Origin: a virus
Virus record (IMG/VR): IMGVR_UViG_3300035034_003774
Reading direction: 5' to 3' (one strand)
Length of the DNA stretch: 64,000 nt
Both the position numbers and the translations under genes were made by a program. Of this stretch, positions 1 through 9,898 are shown in pieces (within the stretch, counting starts at the first letter, position 1; each line of letters opens with the position of its first letter). The notes below the pieces were generated by a model. The model saw only the letters and a list, made by a program, of their open reading frames with translations, did not search any database and had not been told where the DNA came from.

Positions 1-263
1 ATATTCTCGCATTCATGTTAATTGCAAAAGCACCACCAGAATAGGTGTTGTGTCTAATGATCTTGTTAAACTTTGGAACATCGTCCCAAGACTTTGGGTC
101 ATTAGTATCTTCTATTACTGCTCCGAATTCTAAAATCTGCAAGTCCTCAATAGGTCCATCTTTTCCTGGTACCCCTGTGGTCTCAATGTCAATCACTACA
201 TATTTCATATTGTTGTCTGTTTGTTTAACAACAAATTTATATCATATTATTGAATTGTGCAAA

Positions 264-291
264 TAAAAAAGGCCCGACTCACGTCAGGCCT
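264..291 (-). terminator. rho-independent terminator after GHKL ATPase gene
   Basis: hairpin GGCCCGAC-TCAC-GTCAGGCC (271-290); on minus strand followed by TTTTTTATTT. Confidence 0.5.
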
Positions 292-312
292 AATAAACTT
301 ATATGCTAAATA

Positions 313-1953
313 TTAGCAGAGCTTAGTAAATATTCTCGACATTCTTTCGAATCTCTGCTCGAACATTTCACTCATTTCCTCTTTTCTCATTTCATCAACT
401 TCTTCCTTAAGCATCTCTTCTTGAGATCGTCCAAGTGAAAATAGAAGCTTCATAAGATTGCTCTTCACTTCATCGTTTGATGGTAAAAACACATCATAGT
501 AGAACTCATGATCAGTGTTAAGCATTACAGAGATAACGCCATTACCTTGGTTGACAAATCTACATATGTCACCCTTGATTCCCTGGCTTTCAAATCCATA
601 GTCAAATATTTCTATAGACCTTCTCTTTACACCTTCTGGATACTCCCTCTTCTTTGTATCCTTTTTATCTTTTGGCGTATCATTAGTTTTCGACTTCTCT
701 ATTTTCTTTCTTTTTTGACGATCAGTCATAACAGCTTCTGGTATTATTTTTCGACCTCTGCTATTAATCTCTTTCTTTGTGCTATCACAAGCTCTCTTAA
801 CATCACCTTCTGGGTCTGTAGCATCACCTTTCTTATCCGCCTTATTGTTAGCCTCGATAGACCTTATAATAGGGCTAAAAAGAGCTTGCAACTTATCTCT
901 AAGACCTTGTGGGATTATGATTTCATTCTTTTGTAGAGAAACCTGGAAGAATTTATCCTGATCTCCTGATAAGAAAATCTCAGCTCTAAAACCATTCTTC
1001 TCATTATGCTTTGTAAACAAGTCGAGGCTCTTAGCTTTTATGATTTGTCTATTGTTTCTTAGAATATAGAAACCTTGATTGGCTATATTTCTATTGGTAA
1101 GTTTTGATCTTTCCTTAGAAATATTCTTTATGTAATAAACACGAATCTTAAGGTCAAGATCAATATCTTCTCCTTCGTGCTTAAACTTAAAGTTGTACAT
1201 CTGATTTGGAACTGATGCATTAAATAAAGAAGAATCTCCAGTACTTAACGCCATTGTATCAGCTGGCTCCAGTTTCTTGTCATTTATTGAAATGATCATT
1301 TCATCATCATCCTTAATGATGTATCTGTAAACTTCAGATAAATGCTTCCCAAGAATGTTGCAAAATTGATGGTGGCTGCTGTTGGTGATTCTATCAATCT
1401 TATCCATATAGATGATCGTTCCAGTTTCAGCTCCTTTAGTCATTTGCTTGAATAACTCCACCTCTTCGTCATTACAAATTGCAATAGGCGCCACTGATTT
1501 ACCAACCTCTCTAAACTTATCAAGATCATAAACACCAATATAGTATTCATCATCCTCATGTTTAGTGATTACTGTAAATCTTCTGGAGATTGAATTGGCT
1601 GCTAATTTAAGCCCACACCCAAAAAGACCAAGGTCTTGGTTTGTGATCTCCCTACCCGAAGAACCTGGGTGCAAAGCATCTACAAGTTCATTATACTGCA
1701 TACCACTTCCATCATCTGAAATAGATATGTACTTATAATCCTTGTCAATCTCTATTAACACTCTGGTTGCACCTACATCTGCATCCATTGAATTATCCAC
1801 AATATCAGCAATGGCCTCATAATTGGTGTAGCCAATGTTTCTTGTAGATTCGAAAAATTTTGGTTTTGGAGCTACCGAAACGTAGTCTCCCTCGTTGAAT
1901 CTGCTCGTAGCAGAATTTAATACAGCTCCTGCTGTCTTTCCATTATTACTCAT
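313..1953 (-). CDS. GHKL-family ATPase (HATPase_c_3 / MORC- or Hsp90-like ATP-binding fold) with lysine-rich C-terminal region
   Basis: N-box EAIADIVDNSMDA, G1 box ISISDDGSGM, G2 box GLFGCGLK in first 130 aa; long K/E-rich C-terminal tail. Confidence 0.6.
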   Translation of the reverse strand: MSNNGKTAGAVLNSATSRFNEGDYVSVAPKPKFFESTRNIGYTNYEAIADIVDNSMDADVGATRVLIEIDKDYKYISISDDGSGMQYNELVDALHPGSSGREITNQDLGLFGCGLKLAANSISRRFTVITKHEDDEYYIGVYDLDKFREVGKSVAPIAICNDEEVELFKQMTKGAETGTIIYMDKIDRITNSSHHQFCNILGKHLSEVYRYIIKDDDEMIISINDKKLEPADTMALSTGDSSLFNASVPNQMYNFKFKHEGEDIDLDLKIRVYYIKNISKERSKLTNRNIANQGFYILRNNRQIIKAKSLDLFTKHNEKNGFRAEIFLSGDQDKFFQVSLQKNEIIIPQGLRDKLQALFSPIIRSIEANNKADKKGDATDPEGDVKRACDSTKKEINSRGRKIIPEAVMTDRQKRKKIEKSKTNDTPKDKKDTKKREYPEGVKRRSIEIFDYGFESQGIKGDICRFVNQGNGVISVMLNTDHEFYYDVFLPSNDEVKSNLMKLLFSLGRSQEEMLKEEVDEMRKEEMSEMFEQRFERMSRIFTKLC

Positions 1954-1963
1954 AAAAAATTTA

Positions 1964-1986
1964 CTTTATGAATCGAAATTAATTAA
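1964..1986 (-). promoter_or_regulatory. conserved upstream motif B (core AATTAATTAATTCCAAT, plus-strand spelling) 20-40 nt upstream of GHKL ATPase start
   Basis: 17-nt core identical to 12470-12486; both flanked by CGA..TCG and both sit just upstream of minus-strand start codons. Confidence 0.4.
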
Positions 1987-2089
1987 TTCCAATTCGTGTT
2001 TAAAAAAATGTCCAAGTTAAAAAACTCAAACGATATTGCAAATATACTCCCTTTTTGGGAAACCTGCAAGAAAAAACTAATATTTCTTT

Positions 2090-2563
2090 TTATTTTTTGT
2101 AAAAAATATTTTTCTCTTTAATTTTTTTCGCAAAAAACATTGAGAGAAATGCTGCTATTACCATTCGTATAACTATACTTAATGGGTCTATTGTCTTGTC
2201 AAAGAACTCTACATCATCATTTAATAGCACTGTCAGACTTGTATTAACTAAACTAACTATAAGAAAAAATGCAACAAAAGGCATAGCGTAATCTTTAAAA
2301 GTTAGCTTTTTCTCATCACAAGATAAAACCTCATCTATATCTATATGAATTACATTTTTTGACTCCTTTTTACTTAAGTGATCATGGTCCTTAGCAGCTT
2401 CGTAACATTCAGGGTTATCGTTGCAATACCTCACGTTTTGCTCCATAATACCCTCTGGAAGTCCATGCTTATATCCAATATCTTTTGTATGTACAGATAT
2501 TTTATCGTCTGGCCTTCTGCTGCTACATATATGACAGGTCCATGTTAAATTACTAATTTCCAT
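2090..2563 (-). CDS. hypothetical membrane protein with N-terminal Cys/His cluster
   Basis: CHICSS...CNDNPEC motif then hydrophobic helix. Confidence 0.3.
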   Translation of the reverse strand: MEISNLTWTCHICSSRRPDDKISVHTKDIGYKHGLPEGIMEQNVRYCNDNPECYEAAKDHDHLSKKESKNVIHIDIDEVLSCDEKKLTFKDYAMPFVAFFLIVSLVNTSLTVLLNDDVEFFDKTIDPLSIVIRMVIAAFLSMFFAKKIKEKNIFYKK

Positions 2564-2855
2564 TTCTTTCCTTTACTTTTTTATATAAATCATGCTGTTG
2601 CTTTAAATACTTTGTAGTTTCAATTGTGTAATTTTTTCGTACACTTAGAAAGGGGAAGTCTTCATATAACACTTCTTCTCCCGAAACTATAAGGCGCACA
2701 TAACCCAGTTTACCAAGAGCTGTTTTATGAGTGTTTTCAGATTTGTAAACATCATATACATTCCCTTCATCATCATAAGCAATTTCTTCTTCATTAAAAA
2801 AGAATAGCTCTTTCTTATTAGCGACCTTACCTTCTATAAACTTTTCACTCATCAT
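2553..2855 (-). CDS. hypothetical protein
   Basis: ORF in co-directional block, start/stop overlap with neighbours. Confidence 0.3.
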   Translation of the reverse strand: MMSEKFIEGKVANKKELFFFNEEEIAYDDEGNVYDVYKSENTHKTALGKLGYVRLIVSGEEVLYEDFPFLSVRKNYTIETTKYLKQQHDLYKKVKERNGN

Positions 2856-3175
2856 TCCCCCTCTCTTTGAATTCCATCAATAGTGGTCAATCTGTGGTTG
2901 TAAAGAAGTTTCTCAGCAAGAATCTCAGTTTCCTGACCCCCAACCTGATGCTTTGATGTTTTAAAGATGTCGTTTTCATAACCAGGAGCATCTTCTGTTT
3001 GCTCAAGATAATAATAAAAAAGTCCTCTCCTGACTTTTACAAACCACCTTTCAAGACCATCTTCGTTTTTCTCTAATAGGATAATATACCTATCCATTGA
3101 TCTTAACTTAAATACAATGGCCAAGGCTACCGCAATGGTAATGCCTGTGATTATTAAATAAACTGCTAATTCCAT
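2852..3175 (-). CDS. hypothetical membrane-anchored protein
   Basis: N-terminal TM helix; ATGA overlap with upstream gene. Confidence 0.3.
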   Translation of the reverse strand: MELAVYLIITGITIAVALAIVFKLRSMDRYIILLEKNEDGLERWFVKVRRGLFYYYLEQTEDAPGYENDIFKTSKHQVGGQETEILAEKLLYNHRLTTIDGIQREGE

Positions 3176-3180
3176 AATTT

Positions 3181-5124
3181 TTATATTACAATTTTAAAAT
3201 CAATTTGTTTCTTCGTCATATTAACCTTCTGGACCTTTACAAGGACCTCATCTCCAAGTCGAAGAGTTCCTCCGTCATTGAAGTTGTTAATGCAGTAGTT
3301 CTCTTCATCAATAAATAGCTGACTATCAGAAAGAGTATCCTTTCCTACCATGCCTTCACATCCATTTTCGATAACTTCTACAAATACACCGAAGTCTTTA
3401 ACTCCAGATATAGTTCCTGGGAATACCTGACCAACCTTATCCTTCATATACTCACACTGCTTATACTTCACGGATTCTCTCTGAGCTTTCGCAGCTCTAT
3501 TCTCCATGTCACTACAATGATTACATTGGTCTCCAAGCTTAGATACGTTACCATCCTTTCCGTTTACATACTTCCATAGTAATCTATGAGCAATAACATC
3601 TGGGTAACGTCTAATAGGACTTGTAAAGTGACTGTAGTGCTTAAACCCAAGTCCATAGTGTCCAATAATTTGTGTAGAATAAACAGCCTTTGACATTGAC
3701 CTAATTGCAAGTATTGAGATCATTCCTTCTTCTCCTTTTCCTTGCGCCTCTTTCAATAGCTTGTTCAAAGAATCTTTAGTCTTTTCTATGTTATCAGAAA
3801 CTTTTAAGTTATATCCAAATACTGATGCAAGAGCGGCAAGCTCTTCAAGTCTTTCACGATCTGGCAAGTCATGAGTTCTGTATACAAATGGCTTACTTTT
3901 ACCATGAGCAAACTTAGCAACACTTCTATTAGCAAGAAGCATATACTCCTCGATTAATTGGTGAGCTTCATGTGACTCATGAAAAAATACATCTACTGGA
4001 GTTCCATCATCATCAAGTATGAACTGTGGCTCTCTTCTATTGAAGGATACCGCTCCATCTTTAAATCTCTTCTTTCTTATTTTTTTTGCAATTTCATTGA
4101 GAATGATTATACACTGCTCTTTTTTGGCATTTTCAATTTTATCAATCTTTGCATTTTCAGAGCCATCAATTATCTCCTGAGCCTCTTCATAAGTATATCT
4201 ATGATCAGAGTTGATCACAGTCTTCTTGAAATTGCTTTTTACAACCTTTCCCTCTGGAGTTATCTCAAAAATAACAGAGAAACAAAGCTTATCCTCATTA
4301 GGTCTTAATGAACATATTCCATTAGAAAGCCTCTCTGGAAGCATTGGTATGGTCCTGTCAACAAGATAAATTGATGTAGCTCTCTTAAAAGCTTCCTTAT
4401 CCAGTTCGCTTCCTGGCTTTATATAATGAGCAACATCTGCAATGTGAACACCTATTTCATAATTACCATTATCCAAATCTTTGAATGATATGGCATCATC
4501 GAAGTCTTTTGCAGAGTCTGGGTCAATAGTTACTGTAAGCGTATCACGCATATCCCTTCTACTTAGAATCTCCTTTTCTGTGATCTCCATAGGAATTTCC
4601 TCCGCCTCAACCTGCACATTCTGAGGAAAGTCATATTCAATATTGTTTTTGAACATGATATTCTCCATCTCGGCCTCATGAGACTCTGGTTTTCCAAATA
4701 CTTTGGTAACTATACCAACTGGACTGTTGTCATCTTCTTTCCAGTCTTTAATTCTTACGCCAACCATATCGCCATCTTTGGCTCCATTAAGATTTCTTGT
4801 TGGAACAAATATGTCGACACGCATCTTACCTCCAGCAGTTCTGACAAATGCAAAATTCTTTTTCTTGTTAATCTCTATCACTCCAGAAAAGTCTGTGCTT
4901 GCTCTTTCACGAATTCCTTTGACAACACCTTGTCGTCCATCTCCTTTTCCACTATTATCTGAAATAATGTCAATGTGAACTACATCTTTATGTAGGGCGT
5001 TTCCAAGGTTATCTTTGTGAATGAAAATATCATCCTTTGCACCTTTGGTTTCTGTCACTATTAAATAGGCGTGACCGTTTCTTAGTAAATCAATTGTACC
5101 TACGGCCTGTTTTTTATCTGCCAT
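3181..5124 (-). CDS. rnr: RNase R / RNase II family 3'-5' exoribonuclease
   Basis: N-terminal cold-shock-like region, RNB catalytic region (DFDDAISF, HYGLGF..YSHFTSPIRRYPD), C-terminal S1-like domain. Confidence 0.8.
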   Translation of the reverse strand: MADKKQAVGTIDLLRNGHAYLIVTETKGAKDDIFIHKDNLGNALHKDVVHIDIISDNSGKGDGRQGVVKGIRERASTDFSGVIEINKKKNFAFVRTAGGKMRVDIFVPTRNLNGAKDGDMVGVRIKDWKEDDNSPVGIVTKVFGKPESHEAEMENIMFKNNIEYDFPQNVQVEAEEIPMEITEKEILSRRDMRDTLTVTIDPDSAKDFDDAISFKDLDNGNYEIGVHIADVAHYIKPGSELDKEAFKRATSIYLVDRTIPMLPERLSNGICSLRPNEDKLCFSVIFEITPEGKVVKSNFKKTVINSDHRYTYEEAQEIIDGSENAKIDKIENAKKEQCIIILNEIAKKIRKKRFKDGAVSFNRREPQFILDDDGTPVDVFFHESHEAHQLIEEYMLLANRSVAKFAHGKSKPFVYRTHDLPDRERLEELAALASVFGYNLKVSDNIEKTKDSLNKLLKEAQGKGEEGMISILAIRSMSKAVYSTQIIGHYGLGFKHYSHFTSPIRRYPDVIAHRLLWKYVNGKDGNVSKLGDQCNHCSDMENRAAKAQRESVKYKQCEYMKDKVGQVFPGTISGVKDFGVFVEVIENGCEGMVGKDTLSDSQLFIDEENYCINNFNDGGTLRLGDEVLVKVQKVNMTKKQIDFKIVI

Positions 5125-5144
5125 GTTTATTTTAATCTTTTTTA

Positions 5145-5173
5145 GTTATACGCATATTGCGAAAAAATGTTTC
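5145..5173 (-). promoter_or_regulatory. sigma70-like promoter GAAACA-N17-TATAAC upstream of rnr
   Basis: minus-strand reading GAAACATTTTTTCGCAATATGCGTATAAC; member of a repeated promoter family in this window. Confidence 0.5.
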
Positions 5174-5562
5174 TAATTTGGGACTGTGGTGTAATCAATA
5201 CTTCCAATCTCCTTTCCATTGACGATCACTTTATCTTGGTGATCATCATTGACAATCCAGCCTCTATCTTTTAATGTTCTAATCTCTAAATCAAAGCAAG
5301 CAAGAGGCCTGTACTTAAGAATCTCACCATCGAACTTCTTGTCTATAGAGAGTTTTATTAATCCCTTTGTCATATCATCATACCAACCTGGATTTACTAA
5401 ATGAGTCCAGTAATAAACATTAGATAAATGCTGATGAGTCATTCCTTCGAAATTATTAAATCTCTGTCCAGTAAAACTCTGCCAAACAATAGGGTTTTTA
5501 ACACTATATTTTACTAATCTTTCTTTATGCATTTTCTTTCTCTTTTTCTGATTCAACAACAT
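5173..5562 (-). CDS. hypothetical protein
   Basis: ORF, K-rich N-terminus. Confidence 0.3.
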   Translation of the reverse strand: MLLNQKKRKKMHKERLVKYSVKNPIVWQSFTGQRFNNFEGMTHQHLSNVYYWTHLVNPGWYDDMTKGLIKLSIDKKFDGEILKYRPLACFDLEIRTLKDRGWIVNDDHQDKVIVNGKEIGSIDYTTVPN

Positions 5563-7099
5563 TTTCTGCTCTCATCTGAGGGAAAAATAAAACATCCTGA
5601 ATAGAGTCTTGATTAGTTAAAATCATCACAAGACGATCAATTCCGATTCCCAGGCCAGCTGTAGGTGGCATTCCGTACTCAAGGGCTCTTAAGAAATCTT
5701 CATCCAGAGCCATAGCTTCATCATCACCAGCTCCAGCAAGCTTAATTTGTTCCTCAAACCTTTCTCTTTGATCAATTGGGTCATTAAGCTCTGAATAAGC
5801 ATTAGCGATCTCCTTGCCATTGATGATGAGTTCAAATCGTTCAACAAGACCCTCTTCTGTTCTATGCTTCTTAGCCAATGGAGACATCTCAATTGGGTAG
5901 TCATATACAAATGTAGGTTCAATTAACTCAGGCTCCACAAACTCCCCGAAAATTTCATCAAGAAGCTTACCTCTACCCATTGTCTTATCAACATTAAGTC
6001 CTTTTTCTTTACACAAATCAAATAGACCCTGTTCTGTCAAGTTCTTAACATTAACTTGGGCGTATTTTTCAATAGCCTCAAAGAAAGTAATTCTTTCATA
6101 TCTATAAACCATACTGACATCACTTCCATCTTTAGCCTTAAAAGTTCCATGATTTAAAGCCATTGAAGCCACTGACTGAATCAATCTCTCACATACGTCC
6201 ATCATCCACATATAATCTTTATATGCAGCATACATTTCAACTTGAGTAAACTCTGGGTTATGGTATCTGCTCATTCCCTCATTTCTGAAGTCCTTAGCAA
6301 ATTCAAATACTCTTGGGAAACCACCAACTATCAACTTCTTTAGATAAAGCTCATTTGCAATCCTCAAATACAACTCCATATCTAGTTTGTTGTGGTGTGT
6401 CTTAAATGGCTTAGCTGATGCTCCACCATGAACTGATTGAAGTATTGGAGTCTCAACTTCAAGAAAACTACTTGATAAAAGGGAGTCTCTAATTGCTTGA
6501 ACAATCTTTGATCTCTTTATAAAAGTTTTTCTGACTTCTGGATTTACCACAAGATCAACGTACCTCTGACGGTATCTTGCCTCCTTCTTTGTAAAGGCGC
6601 CATGCTCATTTCCATCTTCATCTCTTTTTACCACTGGCAGTGGCTTAACAGACTTTGATAACAGAATCATTTTACTTGCCTTAAGAGTAACTTCTCCAGT
6701 CTTTGTCCTGAACATCTCACCCTCAAAACCAACGTGATCACCAAGATCAAGAAGTTTCTTAAATACCGTATTATACATTGCTTTATCCTCTTCGGGGCAA
6801 ATTTCATCACGCATAACATATACTTGAAGCTGGCCAAAATCATCTTGTATTTTACAAAAAGAAGCCTTACCCATTATGTTTCTCATCATCAATCTACCAG
6901 CAATAATGACTTTCATTGGTACATTTTGTCCAACCTTCTCAACTTTCTCGAAATGACGAATAACTTGAGTTGTTTTCAAATCTTTTTCACGACCCTCAAG
7001 GTACATTTTAAACTCCTCTGCTGGATATGGATTAATACCAAGTTCTCTTAGCTTGTTAAGAGACTCACGTCTAATTACTTCTTGTTCTGATAAACTCAT
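5525..7099 (-). CDS. lysS: lysyl-tRNA synthetase, class II
   Basis: full-length similarity to bacterial LysRS: N-terminal OB anticodon-binding region, class II motifs (FEVETP, HNPEFT, GLGIGIDRLVM). Confidence 0.9.
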   Translation of the reverse strand: MSLSEQEVIRRESLNKLRELGINPYPAEEFKMYLEGREKDLKTTQVIRHFEKVEKVGQNVPMKVIIAGRLMMRNIMGKASFCKIQDDFGQLQVYVMRDEICPEEDKAMYNTVFKKLLDLGDHVGFEGEMFRTKTGEVTLKASKMILLSKSVKPLPVVKRDEDGNEHGAFTKKEARYRQRYVDLVVNPEVRKTFIKRSKIVQAIRDSLLSSSFLEVETPILQSVHGGASAKPFKTHHNKLDMELYLRIANELYLKKLIVGGFPRVFEFAKDFRNEGMSRYHNPEFTQVEMYAAYKDYMWMMDVCERLIQSVASMALNHGTFKAKDGSDVSMVYRYERITFFEAIEKYAQVNVKNLTEQGLFDLCKEKGLNVDKTMGRGKLLDEIFGEFVEPELIEPTFVYDYPIEMSPLAKKHRTEEGLVERFELIINGKEIANAYSELNDPIDQRERFEEQIKLAGAGDDEAMALDEDFLRALEYGMPPTAGLGIGIDRLVMILTNQDSIQDVLFFPQMRAENVVESEKEKENA

Positions 7100-7329
7100 C
7101 TTTTCAATAATTTTTTTAGTCTACTATTTTCTGTTTGCAATTTTTCATTTTCATCTAACACCCTCTTCAACTGATCTTCAGCTGTATCAAGAGCTCGGTA
7201 AATAGCTTTGGTAGTTTGAAAGAGCTTTCTTACATCTGGGTGAAACTCAACTTGAGAGTTCATTCTAATGTCGGCCTTAATGACCTCTCCCTTTCTCTTC
7301 TTATTCTTTTTGTTAATCCTTTGTCTCAT
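7096..7329 (-). CDS. small coiled-coil protein
   Basis: 77 aa, charged heptad-like sequence. Confidence 0.3.
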   Translation of the reverse strand: MRQRINKKNKKRKGEVIKADIRMNSQVEFHPDVRKLFQTTKAIYRALDTAEDQLKRVLDENEKLQTENSRLKKLLKR

Positions 7330-8204
7330 TATTCTTTAAGTTCAATTTTCATCCCAGTCATAAACTCAAGGCTATTTTGGTTTGGAGTCAATCCAGAAAC
7401 CTGACCATCGCCAGTCTCTATGATCATCCAATCACCATCTTCCTTTTCTGCTACATCAATAGTAAAGAAATTACTATCTATCTGGAAGGCTATTCCATTA
7501 ACAACCGAATGAACAAAGTCATTTGGAGTGTTGAATTTACCTTTTTGATTTGAATTAGGGGTGCAGGATATTAAACGATTATCATAATAAAACAATCTCC
7601 ACTCGTTCACATTATCATCATCTCCCTTTTTGAGGTCAATAAACTCTTTGAATACGAGACCCTCACTAAATAAGATACCTCTGTGTTCAACAAAAGCCTC
7701 TACCCTCTTTAATAGCTCATCTCCAGCTATTCCAGCTGGCATTCTAAATAGATTGGGCACATTCTTTGCAGACTTAACAAAATCCTTCATCAAGAAATCT
7801 TTGTCTCCAAAAAAATCAGATATATTATTGAGTATGTCTGCATCCCAATCATTTTTGATAAATATAGCTTTTGAAGTGTAATCCTTGGTATAGTCATAAG
7901 ACTCTGGGAAGTGATGGCAATTTTTATATTGCTCTGGAGAATTGACCAAGCTATAACCCATTCCTTTTAATAGATTATACAGGTCTGTGTATTCAGACAT
8001 GTTCAACATCCAACTTCTTAGCACCAAAGATACATCACCCTCTGTCTGAGAAGGAATGTCTGTACTGAGCGAACCTCTAACAAACTTATCATGATCGAAA
8101 AGGTAACAATCAAATCCAAGTAGCTTTGCAGCCCTATGCTCTTCCATAAAGTCGCTATCGACCTTACTTCCTTCAAGGGGATTACATGGGAAAAGTATCT
8201 TCAT
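7329..8204 (-). CDS. putative ATP-grasp fold enzyme
   Basis: C-terminal FFTIDVAEKEDGDWMIIETGDGQVSGL resembles ATP-grasp C-terminal strand; weak overall. Confidence 0.35.
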   Translation of the reverse strand: MKILFPCNPLEGSKVDSDFMEEHRAAKLLGFDCYLFDHDKFVRGSLSTDIPSQTEGDVSLVLRSWMLNMSEYTDLYNLLKGMGYSLVNSPEQYKNCHHFPESYDYTKDYTSKAIFIKNDWDADILNNISDFFGDKDFLMKDFVKSAKNVPNLFRMPAGIAGDELLKRVEAFVEHRGILFSEGLVFKEFIDLKKGDDDNVNEWRLFYYDNRLISCTPNSNQKGKFNTPNDFVHSVVNGIAFQIDSNFFTIDVAEKEDGDWMIIETGDGQVSGLTPNQNSLEFMTGMKIELKE

Positions 8205-8222
8205 AATTTCTATTTATCTTAT

Positions 8223-8251
8223 GTTATACGCAAATTTACGAAAATTGTTTC
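8223..8251 (-). promoter_or_regulatory. sigma70-like promoter GAAACA-N17-TATAAC
   Basis: minus strand GAAACAATTTTCGTAAATTTGCGTATAAC, 20 nt before ATG at 8204. Confidence 0.5.
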
Positions 8252-8277
8252 AAAAAAAAAACAGGTCCGAAGACCTG
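8252..8277 (-). terminator. rho-independent terminator after MORN-repeat gene
   Basis: hairpin CAGGTC-CGAA-GACCTG (8262-8277) followed on minus strand by 10 T. Confidence 0.6.
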
Positions 8278-8302
8278 TTTATTAAAATATTTAGTTTTTT
8301 CC

Positions 8303-8857
8303 TTATTGATGGCGTGCTACAAGACCCTTATCATCGTTCCATGTCCAGCCTTCTATTAGCTCACCTCTTTTATATTCTTCAGACACAAGAAGTCGCCCTT
8401 CATCATCGTATTTAAAGCATTCACCATGCTTATCACCCCTCTTGTACTCTCTTTGAATTAGCAGATCACCATCTTCGTTGTATTGAGTCCACGTTCCATG
8501 TTTTCCTCCATTCTTAAATTCATACTCAGAAATAACAGAGCCATCCTCATTGTAAACAAACCAGTTACCATGCTTTTTTCCATTGTTATAAAAGCTGTAG
8601 CTAAGTTCTTGTCCATTCTGATAATATCTCACCCAGTCTCCAGACTTTCGTAAATATTCATCGTATGTACCACTTAGGCTTTTCTCGCCATCTTCATAAT
8701 ATTCGTTATACTCATAAGTATCACCATCAATTCCAGGAATAGCAATGAGCTCGTGTTTTGTGTTGCCATTTTCGTAAGTAGCTTTCTCAATGATGTCGTT
8801 AGAAAAAGCAAAAGCAGAAGTAAGACAAACAAATAATGTTATAATAAATTTTCTCAT
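8303..8857 (-). CDS. secreted MORN-repeat (MORN_2-like) protein
   Basis: signal peptide MRKFIITLFVCLTSAFAFS; repeated G-KHG-W-Y-EDG units. Confidence 0.55.
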   Translation of the reverse strand: MRKFIITLFVCLTSAFAFSNDIIEKATYENGNTKHELIAIPGIDGDTYEYNEYYEDGEKSLSGTYDEYLRKSGDWVRYYQNGQELSYSFYNNGKKHGNWFVYNEDGSVISEYEFKNGGKHGTWTQYNEDGDLLIQREYKRGDKHGECFKYDDEGRLLVSEEYKRGELIEGWTWNDDKGLVARHQ

Positions 8858-8992
8858 AATCTCTTATTTTTAGTTTTGTAATATTAACTCAATGTTAAGA
8901 GTTCTATACATAAATATACTCAAAATTAAGTAATTATTAAATAAAAAACAAGAAAACCAATGAATTATTTAAAATTTAGGCAAAAAACAATG

Positions 8993-9898
8993 TTAAGAAA
9001 TTGTTTCTAACTCACCTGGATGTACTGGAGTTCTCTTTAGTTTTTCGAAGAATTCTCCTCTAAATTTTCCTTTTGAAGCAAGATCACTTATCTTGAGATA
9101 CATATCTCCGTTTTGCAGACTTCCTTTAGGGTTAAAAGCCGCATACTTTCTTCTTCTTAATACTTCTGGAACTTCTTGCTTGAAGTGTACCTCTTTTATC
9201 GTATCACCCTCAAGACCTGAATGCTCTGTCATAAGAGTGTGGTCCAGCTTTACTGATTCATTCAAGTCTGGAGCTCCTCCAGTATGAGAGTCCATTGTTG
9301 GAAAATAAACCCAATCAGAATCAAAAGGTTCATATTCAAACATGATTGGTTGAGAGTCCATTTTTTTGTCTCCATCAAATATACAACACACAAAGCTCCA
9401 ACCTTTATAGTGATTTTTGAAGAAATCAAGTAGCTCATCAGAAATGTCTGGGCCATAAACTCCTAACCTATCTATAAGAGCATCAATATCATTAGTTGAT
9501 ATTACCTTGTATATGCCAAGACTAAACTCTTCAATACTCTTACTTTTAAAACCTCTTTCTATACCAAGACTTCTGGTTAAATTTACCTTTGTTCTCCTTT
9601 CTATTTCATCCATAAAGTCATTATACTCTGTTGTATCATAAAACCAATCCTTACTTAGTTTGCCAGGTATTGGAAGAATCATTGAGTTTACTTTACCAGA
9701 TTTATTCTCTGCCTTGTTTTTGTAAGAAATTAAATGCCTACCATTGTCAAGAGGCATTGATAAAATCTTTGTTTTTGTTAATTCTGCTTTTGCTGATACT
9801 ATACACATATTTTCTAATTTTAGATTAATGATTATAAAGGTCTTCACTATATAGCTTGCTACTACTGTATCCAAGCTTCTTAATTTGACCACATTCAA
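8993..9898 (-). CDS. hypothetical protein
   Basis: 301-aa ORF. Confidence 0.3.
   Translation of the reverse strand: MNVVKLRSLDTVVASYIVKTFIIINLKLENMCIVSAKAELTKTKILSMPLDNGRHLISYKNKAENKSGKVNSMILPIPGKLSKDWFYDTTEYNDFMDEIERRTKVNLTRSLGIERGFKSKSIEEFSLGIYKVISTNDIDALIDRLGVYGPDISDELLDFFKNHYKGWSFVCCIFDGDKKMDSQPIMFEYEPFDSDWVYFPTMDSHTGGAPDLNESVKLDHTLMTEHSGLEGDTIKEVHFKQEVPEVLRRRKYAAFNPKGSLQNGDMYLKISDLASKGKFRGEFFEKLKRTPVHPGELETIS

Noticed and set aside
508-961. Plus-strand ORFs 508-936 and 779-961 inside the GHKL ATPase gene (also 3979-4308, 4678-4978, 5689-5922, 6734-7051, 7630-7881, 11936-12230, 12801-13259, 15624-16023, 16815-17183, 17854-18165 and similar)
   Set aside because: They are antisense to, or embedded in, much longer ORFs with clear homology. 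They are typical AT-rich spurious frames.
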